Notes under the pieces: generated by a model
Database searches by the model: none
What the model was told of the DNA's origin: nothing
The model's input: the letters and a program-made list of their open reading frames with translations, nothing else
Translations under genes and position numbers: made by a program
Part shown: piece after piece, positions 23,446-30,597 of the stretch
Layout: the number at the start of each line of letters is the position of its first letter
Numbering within the stretch: the stretch's first letter is position 1
NCBI GenBank assembly: GCA_016196885.1
Contig: JACPWU010000004.1
Span: 6,235-38,234 of the forward strand
DNA from: Chlamydiota bacterium
Lineage (GTDB): Bacteria; Auribacterota; JACPWU01
Length of the DNA stretch: 32,000 nt
Direction of reading: 5' to 3'

Positions 23446-23525
23446 TGTGCCTACGTACCGATGTGTCAATGTGCCAATGAAAAAAAGATATCATGGCGTT
23501 GGCACATAGGTACATTGGCACAATG
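23446..23525. repeat. Inverted repeat built from TGTGCCAA-type units in the tpx upstream region
   Basis: The left arm is gtgtgcctacgtaccgatgtgtcaatgtgccaatg (23446-23479). The right arm is catggcgttggcacataggtacattggcacaatg (23492-23525). It ends 8 nt before the tpx SD. Confidence 0.65.
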
Positions 23526-23544
23526 TTATAATAAGGAGGTATTT

Positions 23545-24063
23545 ATGTCTCAAGAGAGAAAAGGGGCTGTGACATTTAAGGGAAATCCTCTCACACTCGT
23601 GGGTCCAGAGCTCAAGGTTGGAGCCCAGGCGCCTGAGTTCCAGCTTTTGGCGAATGATTTATCCGTGGTAAATTTGGCCAGTTCAAAAGGCAAGACGCGT
23701 CTTTTTAATGTGGTCCCTTCTTTGGACACGCCTGTCTGTGATTTACAGACGAAGCGTTTCAATGAAGAAGCGGGGAGATTCCCCTCTCAGATTCAGGTTT
23801 ATACGGTCAGTTGTGATCTTCCCTTTGCGCAAGCAAGGTGGTGTGGTCAGGCCAAAGCAGATCGAATTAAATTCCTTTCAGATCATCGTGATCTCTCCTT
23901 CGGTCAAGCCTATGGTCTTTGGATCAAAGAGCTTCGGCTTTTGACCCGAGCGGTGGTCATCGTGGATGCCAATGATAAAGTTTCCTATATTCAGGTGGTT
24001 AAGGAAGTGACGAATCAACCTGATTACGAGGATGTGTTGAATTCTTTAAAGCAGAAGGTTTAA
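23545..24063 (+). CDS. tpx: Thiol peroxidase (atypical 2-Cys peroxiredoxin Tpx)
   Basis: VTFKGNPLTLVGPELKVGAQAPEF...FNVVPSLDTPVCDLQTKRFNEEA...SCDLPFAQARWC is the Tpx signature. I chose the ATG at 23545 because SD AAGGAGG lies at 23533-23539. The upstream 28 codons in the track are hairpin DNA. Confidence 0.9.
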   Translation: MSQERKGAVTFKGNPLTLVGPELKVGAQAPEFQLLANDLSVVNLASSKGKTRLFNVVPSLDTPVCDLQTKRFNEEAGRFPSQIQVYTVSCDLPFAQARWCGQAKADRIKFLSDHRDLSFGQAYGLWIKELRLLTRAVVIVDANDKVSYIQVVKEVTNQPDYEDVLNSLKQKV

Positions 24064-24066
24064 TAG

Positions 24067-24160
24067 AATAGCGTACAGCGGTAAGCGTACAGCGTACAGT
24101 TAAAAAAGTAAGATTTGTTTTTACTGACCGCTGAGCGCTATACGCTGTACGCTTTCTTTT
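24067..24160 (+). terminator. AGCGTAC-unit inverted repeat, probable (leaky) terminator after tpx
   Basis: The left arm is aatagcgtacagcggtaagcgtacagcgtacag (24067-24099). The right arm is ccgctgagcgctatacgctgtacgct (24128-24153). It is followed by ttcttttgg. Only about 10 nt remain before the ATG at 24171. Confidence 0.45.
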
Positions 24161-24170
24161 GGAATGAATC

Positions 24171-25841
24171 ATGAATAAATCTAAGCTCTTACGAGATCTT
24201 CTCCATCGTCCCGGCCCCGTTTTAGTGACCGGGGCCCATGATGCGATGAGTGCCAAGCTGATTGAAGAAGCGGGTTTTGACGGCATTTGGGCGAGCGGCT
24301 TTGGCATCTCAGCCGCCCAGCGCTGCCTTCCGGACGCCAATTACATGACGATGACGGAAAATCTTGAAATTGCCAAAAACATGAATGAGGTCGTCCACAT
24401 TCCTGTGATTGCGGATTGTGACAATGGCTACGGCAACGCCTTGAATGTGATGAGAACCGTGGCTCAATATGAGAAGGCAGGTATTGCAGGTATTTCTATT
24501 GAAGACAATATTTTTCCCAAAAAGTGCAGTTTCTATCCAGGTTTTAAAAGGGAACTGGTGTCGCTCGAAGAGATGGAAGGAAGGATTCGGGCTGGAAAAT
24601 CTGCTCAGGGGGGGTCAGATTTTGTCCTGATTGCCCGTACAGAGGCCTTGATTGCGGGTTGGGGGATGGAAGAGGCCTTGAAACGGGGTCGGGCTTTTGC
24701 CCGAGCGGGGGCCGATGCTGTTTTGATTCATTCCAAATCTCGAGCCCCCGATGAAGTGATTCAATTTGCAAAATCGTGGGATCAAAATATTCCTTTGGTT
24801 GTGGTGCCGACCATTTTTGATTCCATCAGTGCGGATGAGTTGCACGAGGCCGGTTTTAAAGTGATTATTTTTGCCAATCAGCTGATTCGTTCGTGCATTC
24901 GCTCGATGCGGGAAATGCTGGGGGAATTGCGGCAGAAAAAGTATGCCGGTGCGGTGAATGATCATTTGGTTACTTTGGAAGAGGTTTATAAACTTGTGGG
25001 TGTGGATGAAATGAAGCAGGCGGAAGACACGTTTCTTCCTGTCTCCGGAAATGATGTCAAGGCGATTATTGTCAATGCCGGATTTGAAAAGCATTTGATG
25101 CCTCTCATTGAAGATCGGCCCAAAGGGATGTTGGACATTAAGGGGAAAACCATTCTCGAACGCCAGATAGAGGTGCTCAACGCCTGCGACATCAAGGATA
25201 TTTCAGTGGTCCGGGGTTATCGCTCGGAAGCCATCCGTGTTCCTAATCTTCGCTATTATGAAAATCCAGATTATGAAGAGAGCTATATTTTGTCTTCTTT
25301 CTTTTGTGCGAGCCCCCAGATTCAGGATCGGGTGCTTTTTCTCTATGGAGACATTCTCTTCGACCGTGTGGTTTTGGAGAAACTTTTACAGTCGTCGGCG
25401 GATATTTCTCTCGTGGTTGACCTGGCTTGGTATGATGCCCATCGCCAGGGTGCTATCCCTGAAGGGCTCGAGCGGGAATTGGTGATGATGGAAGAACCTC
25501 CTCAGGCGACGTATCGTTACCTCCCTTCAGAAGAGAACCACCGCATTTTAAAAATCGGGCAGAATTTGGATCGTAGATCAGCGCATGGAGAATTTATTGG
25601 AATGGCGATGTTTTCTCCCACCGCTTCACAAGTGTTCATTCAAGAATATGAAAGATTGAAAAAGGAAGATCCAGGCGGACCCTTTCATGAAGCGCCTTCC
25701 TTGAAAAAGGCATCGCTCACGGACATGATTCAGGAATTGGTGGATCGTGGATTTCCGGTCAAGGGGGTGGATATCTACAAAGGCTGGATGGAAGTGGATA
25801 CCTTTGAGGATTATCAAAGGGCGTGGGCACAATCGAAATAA
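24171..25841 (+). CDS. pepM: Phosphoenolpyruvate mutase-like domain fused to a C-terminal nucleotidyltransferase-fold domain
   Basis: The N-terminus (GAHDAMSAKLIEEAGFDGIWASGFGISA...PVIADCDNGYGN...GISIEDNIFPKKCS) is of the ICL/PEPM superfamily and closest in pattern to PepM. The C-terminal ~260 aa have a LicC/PntC-like fold (RPKGMLDIKGKTILERQIEVL...YGDILFD). The context is ppd plus an aminotransferase. Confidence 0.7.
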   Translation: MNKSKLLRDLLHRPGPVLVTGAHDAMSAKLIEEAGFDGIWASGFGISAAQRCLPDANYMTMTENLEIAKNMNEVVHIPVIADCDNGYGNALNVMRTVAQYEKAGIAGISIEDNIFPKKCSFYPGFKRELVSLEEMEGRIRAGKSAQGGSDFVLIARTEALIAGWGMEEALKRGRAFARAGADAVLIHSKSRAPDEVIQFAKSWDQNIPLVVVPTIFDSISADELHEAGFKVIIFANQLIRSCIRSMREMLGELRQKKYAGAVNDHLVTLEEVYKLVGVDEMKQAEDTFLPVSGNDVKAIIVNAGFEKHLMPLIEDRPKGMLDIKGKTILERQIEVLNACDIKDISVVRGYRSEAIRVPNLRYYENPDYEESYILSSFFCASPQIQDRVLFLYGDILFDRVVLEKLLQSSADISLVVDLAWYDAHRQGAIPEGLERELVMMEEPPQATYRYLPSEENHRILKIGQNLDRRSAHGEFIGMAMFSPTASQVFIQEYERLKKEDPGGPFHEAPSLKKASLTDMIQELVDRGFPVKGVDIYKGWMEVDTFEDYQRAWAQSK

Positions 25842-25842
25842 C

Positions 25843-25935
25843 GTTCAAAAGTTTAAAAGTTCAAAGGTTCAAAGGAATTTTGAGCTTTGAGGTTTTTACT
25901 TTTGAGCTTTTAAACCTTTGAACCTTTGAACTTTC
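25843..25935. repeat. Inverted repeat built from (G/T)TCAAAG 7-8-mers
   Basis: The left arm is gttcaaaagtttaaaagttcaaaggttcaaagg (25843-25875). The right side is tttgagctttgagg...ttttgagc...aacctttgaacctttgaactttcg (25879-25935). It lies between pepM and ppd alpha. Confidence 0.7.
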
Positions 25936-25940
25936 GTTTT

Positions 25941-26438
25941 ATGACATGTACAACATTGTCGCACGATTTCTGGAAGCAATTGAAGCAAAAAGGTTTTAAT
26001 TTTTTTACCGGCGTTCCTTGTAGTTTTCTAGAAGATTTGATCGCTTGTGTGAGTGAACACGAAAAATATTTGCCCGCCGTCCGGGAAGATGCGGCGATGG
26101 GAGTGGCTGTGGGAGCTTGGCTGGGCGGCAGGAAACCCGTGCTCCTGATGCAAAATTCAGGGCTTGGGGTTTCTTACAATGCACTCACCTCGCTTAACTT
26201 GATTTATAAGATTCCGGTTCTCATGGTGATTTCTCTAAGGGGCTATCAAATTCCGGATGCACCGGAGCATCTCATCATGGGTGCCATCACTCCTCAACTG
26301 TTAGATATCGTTCAAATTCCTTATCGCATTCCCTCTCGAGAAAGTTTGGAAGAAGATTTAGAATTCTGTATCACTCAAATGGAAAAGCAACAAATTCCAA
26401 CAGCCCTTCTCATGAGGAAAGGAATTTTTGGGGGTTGA
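25941..26438 (+). CDS. Phosphonopyruvate (or sulfopyruvate) decarboxylase alpha subunit (ThDP pyrimidine-binding domain)
   Basis: GFNFFTGVPCSFLEDLI...REDAAMGVAVGAWLGGRKPVLLMQNSGLG has the catalytic Glu region of ThDP enzymes of the Ppd/ComD type. I prefer the ATG at 25941 over the TTG at 25926. Confidence 0.75.
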   Translation: MTCTTLSHDFWKQLKQKGFNFFTGVPCSFLEDLIACVSEHEKYLPAVREDAAMGVAVGAWLGGRKPVLLMQNSGLGVSYNALTSLNLIYKIPVLMVISLRGYQIPDAPEHLIMGAITPQLLDIVQIPYRIPSRESLEEDLEFCITQMEKQQIPTALLMRKGIFGG

Positions 26439-26447
26439 ATTAGGGAA

Positions 26448-26557
26448 AATGACCAATATCCAATTTCAAATGTCAAATGAATGACCCATTACTAATCTTC
26501 AATTGGACATTGGTTCATTGGAAATTAATTTGTCATTTGTTATTGGACATTGGTTAT
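26448..26557. repeat. Inverted repeat built from CCAAT/CAAATG-type units between the two decarboxylase subunit genes
   Basis: The left arm is aatgaccaatatccaatttcaaatgtcaaatgaatgaccc (26448-26487). The right arm is caattggacattggttcattgg...tttgtcatttgttattggacattggttatt (26500-26557). Confidence 0.7.
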
Positions 26558-26570
26558 TATCAAGGAGTGT

Positions 26571-27125
26571 ATGAAGAGAATCGAAGCCATTCAAAAAGTC
26601 TCAAATTTACTCAAAGATGAACTCGTCATTCATGCGAATGGCCATATTTGCCGGGAGTCTTATTTTGCAAAAGACCGTCCGGAAAATTTTTACATGATTG
26701 GCTCAATGGGCCTTCCGCCGGCGATTGCCTTGGGTGTGGCTTTGTCTCATCCTGAACGGAAGGTAGTGGTGTATGATGGGGATGGCAGCGTCTTGATGGG
26801 TCTTGGGACTTTGACGATGGTTGGGAGTCTCAAACCCAAAAATCTCATTCACATCGTTTTCGACAATGAGACTTATGGATCTACAGGAGAACAGCCCACG
26901 CTCTCAAAATACGTTCCTCTGGAAAAAATTGCTTTAGATTCTGGCTATCGCATTTGCGAAAAAGTAGATCGGAATGAAAATTTAGATGAAAAACTTAAAA
27001 TAGTTTTCACGGAAGAAGGACCTTCTTTCTTGTTGATTAAAGTAGAGTCGAGTGATGGCGAGGCATGTCCTCGCGTGAAATTATCCCCTGTTGAAATAAG
27101 AGATAGATTCCAGTCCAGTATATGA
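26571..27125 (+). CDS. Phosphonopyruvate (or sulfopyruvate) decarboxylase beta subunit (ThDP pyrophosphate-binding domain)
   Basis: It carries GSMGLPPAIALGVAL and the ThDP motif YDGDGSVLMGLGTL...VFDNETYGSTG. I chose the ATG at 26571 because SD AAGGAG lies at 26562-26567. Confidence 0.8.
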   Translation: MKRIEAIQKVSNLLKDELVIHANGHICRESYFAKDRPENFYMIGSMGLPPAIALGVALSHPERKVVVYDGDGSVLMGLGTLTMVGSLKPKNLIHIVFDNETYGSTGEQPTLSKYVPLEKIALDSGYRICEKVDRNENLDEKLKIVFTEEGPSFLLIKVESSDGEACPRVKLSPVEIRDRFQSSI

Positions 27126-28234
27126 AACGAGTCTCCCCCTTCACATGTTTTCTTTTAAATCCGGGTCCGGTGAATACTTCTCTTCAAGTAAGAAAAGCTT
27201 TATTGAGGGGAGATCTTTGCCATCGGGAAAAAGAGTTTTCGGATCTTCTCTTGAAAGTCAGAAAGAATTTACTGAAGTCATTTGGACTCGAGAAGGATTA
27301 TCTAGCTGTTTTTATAACGGGTTCTGGAACAGCAGCCCTTGAGGCGGCCATGATCTCCTCTTTGAATCCTCAAGGGAAGGTGCTGGTTCTCTCCAATGGG
27401 GTTTATGGTGATCGCATGGCAAGAATCGCAGAAATTTATCAGTTTCCCAATCGAGTGTTGCGCGTTCCCCTAGGAGAACCTTTTTCTTTGGAAGAAATAG
27501 AAAAGGTGCTTGCAGAGGATCATAAAATCGATGCCGTAGCCATGGTTCATCATGAAACTTCAACGGGCATGTTGAACCCGATCGAAAAAATCAGTCGTCT
27601 GAAGAGCATGAAAGGAAAGCGCTTGATTTTAGATGCCATCAGTAGCCTAGGAGGAGAAGCTCTCCATTTCAAAAAATCTTCCATTCATGTTTGCGTCGGA
27701 ACAGCGAACAAATGTTTACAGGGCTTGCCAGGAGTTTCTTTTGTCCTGGTACGCAAGGATGCCTTTGAGGAAATAAAAAATTTTCCCCCACGCACTTTAT
27801 ATTTAGATCTTCGCACTTATTGGAAAGAACAGGAAAAGGGCGGTGTTCCTTTTACCCCATCGGTGCAGACCTTCTATGCCCTGGATGTTGCATTGGAGGA
27901 ATTGCTTCGAGAACATGTTCGAGGACGTGTTCAACGCTACGGGCTTTATGCTCAAAGGTTACGCCAGGGTTTTAAAAAAATGGGACTTGAATATTTTATT
28001 GATTCTTCCTTCCATTCAAATACTTTAACAGCCTTGAAACTTCCCCAAGGACTGACTTACGATTTTTTGCACGACGCGTTAAAAGAGGAAGGCTTTGTCA
28101 TTTATGCGGGTCAAGGCTCGCTTCAAAAGAAAATCTTTCGCGTCGCCAACATGGGGAATTTGAAAATGAAGGATTTGGAGAGATTTTTGAAATGTTTAAC
28201 GAATGTCTTGAAGAAACGAGAGACGAAAAAATGA
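27122..28234 (+). CDS. Class V aminotransferase, 2-aminoethylphosphonate:pyruvate transaminase type
   Basis: LLNPGPVNTSLQV..., GSGTAALEA..., HHETSTGMLNP and the TANKCLQG Lys region follow the PhnW/AGXT family layout. It overlaps the ppd beta stop by 4 nt. Confidence 0.75.
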   Translation: MKRVSPFTCFLLNPGPVNTSLQVRKALLRGDLCHREKEFSDLLLKVRKNLLKSFGLEKDYLAVFITGSGTAALEAAMISSLNPQGKVLVLSNGVYGDRMARIAEIYQFPNRVLRVPLGEPFSLEEIEKVLAEDHKIDAVAMVHHETSTGMLNPIEKISRLKSMKGKRLILDAISSLGGEALHFKKSSIHVCVGTANKCLQGLPGVSFVLVRKDAFEEIKNFPPRTLYLDLRTYWKEQEKGGVPFTPSVQTFYALDVALEELLREHVRGRVQRYGLYAQRLRQGFKKMGLEYFIDSSFHSNTLTALKLPQGLTYDFLHDALKEEGFVIYAGQGSLQKKIFRVANMGNLKMKDLERFLKCLTNVLKKRETKK

Positions 28235-29601
28235 AAGCCCTTATTCTTGCAGCTGGTGTGGGTAAAAGACTTTCTCCTTATACCGATCATTCCCCTAAAT
28301 GTGTGATTGAGTTTGGAGGAACGACGCTTATCGAACGCATGTTGAAATGTCTGAAGAGTGCAGGTGTAAAAGAAGTTTATATCGTGATCGGGCATCTCAA
28401 AGAAAAAATTCAGAAAAAAGTGGGAGAAAGTTTTGGGGATTTATCCATTCAATACATCGTCAATCCTCGTTATCAAGAAGGAAGTATTCTTTCTCTTTAT
28501 GGTGCCAAAGACATTTTGAAGGGCGATGATTTCCTCATCATGGATGCCGATGTGCTTTTCCCTCTTCAGGCGCTGGAGAGGTTGGTACATTCAAGGCATG
28601 CAAATTGTCTCCTGTTGGATCAGAGTTTTAAAGACACTGCCGAAGAGATGAAATTGGGAGCTCGAGACGCTCGGGTGTATGAGATCGCGAGGAAAATGTC
28701 TCAAACCTATGAAAAAGTGGGGGAGGGCGTTGGTTTTTTAAAAGTTTCTCAAGGTTCTCTTCCCTCTCTTGTGGCCAAACTGGATGAGTTTTATCAAAAA
28801 GGGCGGGCCGCTTGCGAATACGAGGATGCCATGAATGAATGGTTCAAAATAGAAAAGGTGGGTTATGAGCCTGTTCAAGATTTACCTTGGACAGAGGTAG
28901 ATTTTTACGAGGATTTAAGAAAGGCCTGGCTTCAAGTTTTGCCCAAGGTGGAACATTTAGAAAATTCCAAAAATTTAGTGAAACCTCTCAACCGCCGTCT
29001 GTCTTATTTTTTGACACGCCTTTTTCTTAAAACCCCCATCATACCCAATCAGATTACAGTTTTAAGTTTTCTCTCAGGTCTTGTCTCCCTTTTCTTTTTT
29101 AGCCGGGGCGGCTATAGAAATGGTTTAATCGGTGCCCTTTTCTTTCAGCTCTTTTATGTCTTAGACAATTGCGATGGAGAGGTGGCTCGTGCGAAGGCCC
29201 TTTTTAGCAAGTGGGGGGGCTGGATGGATATTGGTTGTGACGGTATGATTCATGCTCTTTTATTTCCTTCTATTGCGTGGGGCTTGTGTCGTCAAGGAAA
29301 TCTTGAGACAATGAGGACCTTGGGTTGGATTGCGTCAGCAGGGTCTGTCATCACGTTCTTCATTTTTATGGCCAAGCGGTTTTGCAAGGCGAGGGAAGGG
29401 AAACTCCGTCTTGTTCCTCCTCGTGAGGAGGCAAAATTTAAAATCCTGGGATATCTCAAGGCCGGGGATTTTTCCATTGTTTTGGCTTGTTTTGCAATAC
29501 TCGGGGCATGGCAAATTTTTCTCTGGGCCTCGGCCATCGGCCTTCATCTTTTTTGGATATCGGCACTTCTCTTTCATTTGGAAGAGGCGTCGGTGGGATG
29601 A
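28231..29601 (+). CDS. Bifunctional nucleotidyltransferase / CDP-alcohol phosphatidyltransferase
   Basis: The N-terminal MKALILAAGVGKRLSPYTDHSPKCVIEFGG is the canonical GxGxR NTP-transferase loop. The C-terminal membrane domain has a complete CDP-alcohol signature DNCDGEVAR-x8-G-x3-D-x3-D (nt 29164-29241). The ATG at 28231 overlaps the upstream stop (ATGA). Confidence 0.8.
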   Translation: MKALILAAGVGKRLSPYTDHSPKCVIEFGGTTLIERMLKCLKSAGVKEVYIVIGHLKEKIQKKVGESFGDLSIQYIVNPRYQEGSILSLYGAKDILKGDDFLIMDADVLFPLQALERLVHSRHANCLLLDQSFKDTAEEMKLGARDARVYEIARKMSQTYEKVGEGVGFLKVSQGSLPSLVAKLDEFYQKGRAACEYEDAMNEWFKIEKVGYEPVQDLPWTEVDFYEDLRKAWLQVLPKVEHLENSKNLVKPLNRRLSYFLTRLFLKTPIIPNQITVLSFLSGLVSLFFFSRGGYRNGLIGALFFQLFYVLDNCDGEVARAKALFSKWGGWMDIGCDGMIHALLFPSIAWGLCRQGNLETMRTLGWIASAGSVITFFIFMAKRFCKAREGKLRLVPPREEAKFKILGYLKAGDFSIVLACFAILGAWQIFLWASAIGLHLFWISALLFHLEEASVG

Positions 29602-29610
29602 TCAGGAATC

Positions 29611-30597
29611 ATGAATCGAAAAAAACTGCTTCTCTTATTGGGCGTTGGCCTGTTTATCTATCTCACGACAAGTGTGGGATGGCGGCCGATTGTGGATGAG
29701 ATTCATAAGTTAAAATGGAATTTTATTCCTTTATTTTTGATTTATGCCTTCATCTGTACCCTCGACAGTCTCGGATGGCGCTTTGGTTTTAAGGCGGGGG
29801 CGTGTCGGGTCGGTTTGTTTCAGCTTTTTTGGATTCGGGTGGCTGGAGAAGCTGTTAATAATACGACGCCGACAGGCTATGTGGGAGGGGAACCCGTCAA
29901 GGCAATGCTCTTGAAGAGGCATGGGATTCCCATGACGGAAGGCTTGGCCTCTTTGGTCGTTGCCAAGACCACTCTGACTTTGTCTCAGATTCTTTTCGTC
30001 TTCATCGGTTTAGGTCTTGCCTTTGCTCGACTTGAAATTTCTGCCACGGTTCGGTTTGTTTTATTAACCGCCATGATTGTTTTGACCCTTTTGGTTTCTC
30101 TCTTTCTCTTTTTTCAAGGCAGGGGCCTTTTCTCCTGGATTGCCAAAACACTCATCCGTTTCAAGATTGCCCATCATTTCTTGATTCGGATCATGGAGAA
30201 AATTTTGGAGCTGGAATCCCACATTGAAACTTTTTACAAGGCTTCAAAGAAGAGATTTCTCCTCTCTTTTTTCTTTCATTTTTTGGGATGGCTCGCTGGT
30301 ATTTTGGAAATTTATTTTATCTTAAGATGTTTACATCTTCCCTTGGGGGTTTGGGATGCCTTTGTGATCGAGGCCTTGCATCAGCTCATTCGAGGCCTCG
30401 CCTTTATGGTCCCGGGCAATTTGGGAACGCAGGAGGGAGGAAACCTCTTTATCTTTCGCCTTTTTAACTTAGGCAGTGTGTGGGGTCTCACCGTCAGCCT
30501 CATCCGCCGCATTCGCGAAATTTTTTGGTCGGGCCTGGGATGGATGCTTTTGGCCTTTTGGGGGAGGAAAGAAAAATTTGGCGTAGGAAAGTTCTAA
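29611..30597 (+). CDS. Flippase-like / lysylphosphatidylglycerol-synthase-TM (UPF0104) family membrane protein
   Basis: This is a 328-aa polytopic protein. Its N-terminal KKLLLLLGVGLFIYL..., FWIRVAGEAVNNTTPTGYVGGEPVKA and the C-terminal PGNLGTQEG motif are typical of PF03706 proteins. Confidence 0.6.
   Translation: MNRKKLLLLLGVGLFIYLTTSVGWRPIVDEIHKLKWNFIPLFLIYAFICTLDSLGWRFGFKAGACRVGLFQLFWIRVAGEAVNNTTPTGYVGGEPVKAMLLKRHGIPMTEGLASLVVAKTTLTLSQILFVFIGLGLAFARLEISATVRFVLLTAMIVLTLLVSLFLFFQGRGLFSWIAKTLIRFKIAHHFLIRIMEKILELESHIETFYKASKKRFLLSFFFHFLGWLAGILEIYFILRCLHLPLGVWDAFVIEALHQLIRGLAFMVPGNLGTQEGGNLFIFRLFNLGSVWGLTVSLIRRIREIFWSGLGWMLLAFWGRKEKFGVGKF

Noticed and set aside
23461-23544. 28-codon extension upstream of tpx (MCQCANEKKISWRWHIGTLAQCYNKEVF)
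   Set aside because: This is a translation of the TGTGCCAA-unit hairpin. The strong SD AAGGAGG sits directly before the internal ATG at 23545.
24615-25094. 159-aa minus-strand ORF
   Set aside because: It is antisense within the PepM-like gene. The same reasoning applies to the other internal or antisense ORFs in the track, such as 1939-2433, 16592-16912, 18560-19015, 22361-22726 and 29292-29577.
30480-30596. 39-codon extension upstream of the HpnA-like protein
   Set aside because: It overlaps the 3' end of the flippase-like gene in another frame. The Rossmann motif begins 6 residues after the ATG at 30597, which overlaps the upstream stop.
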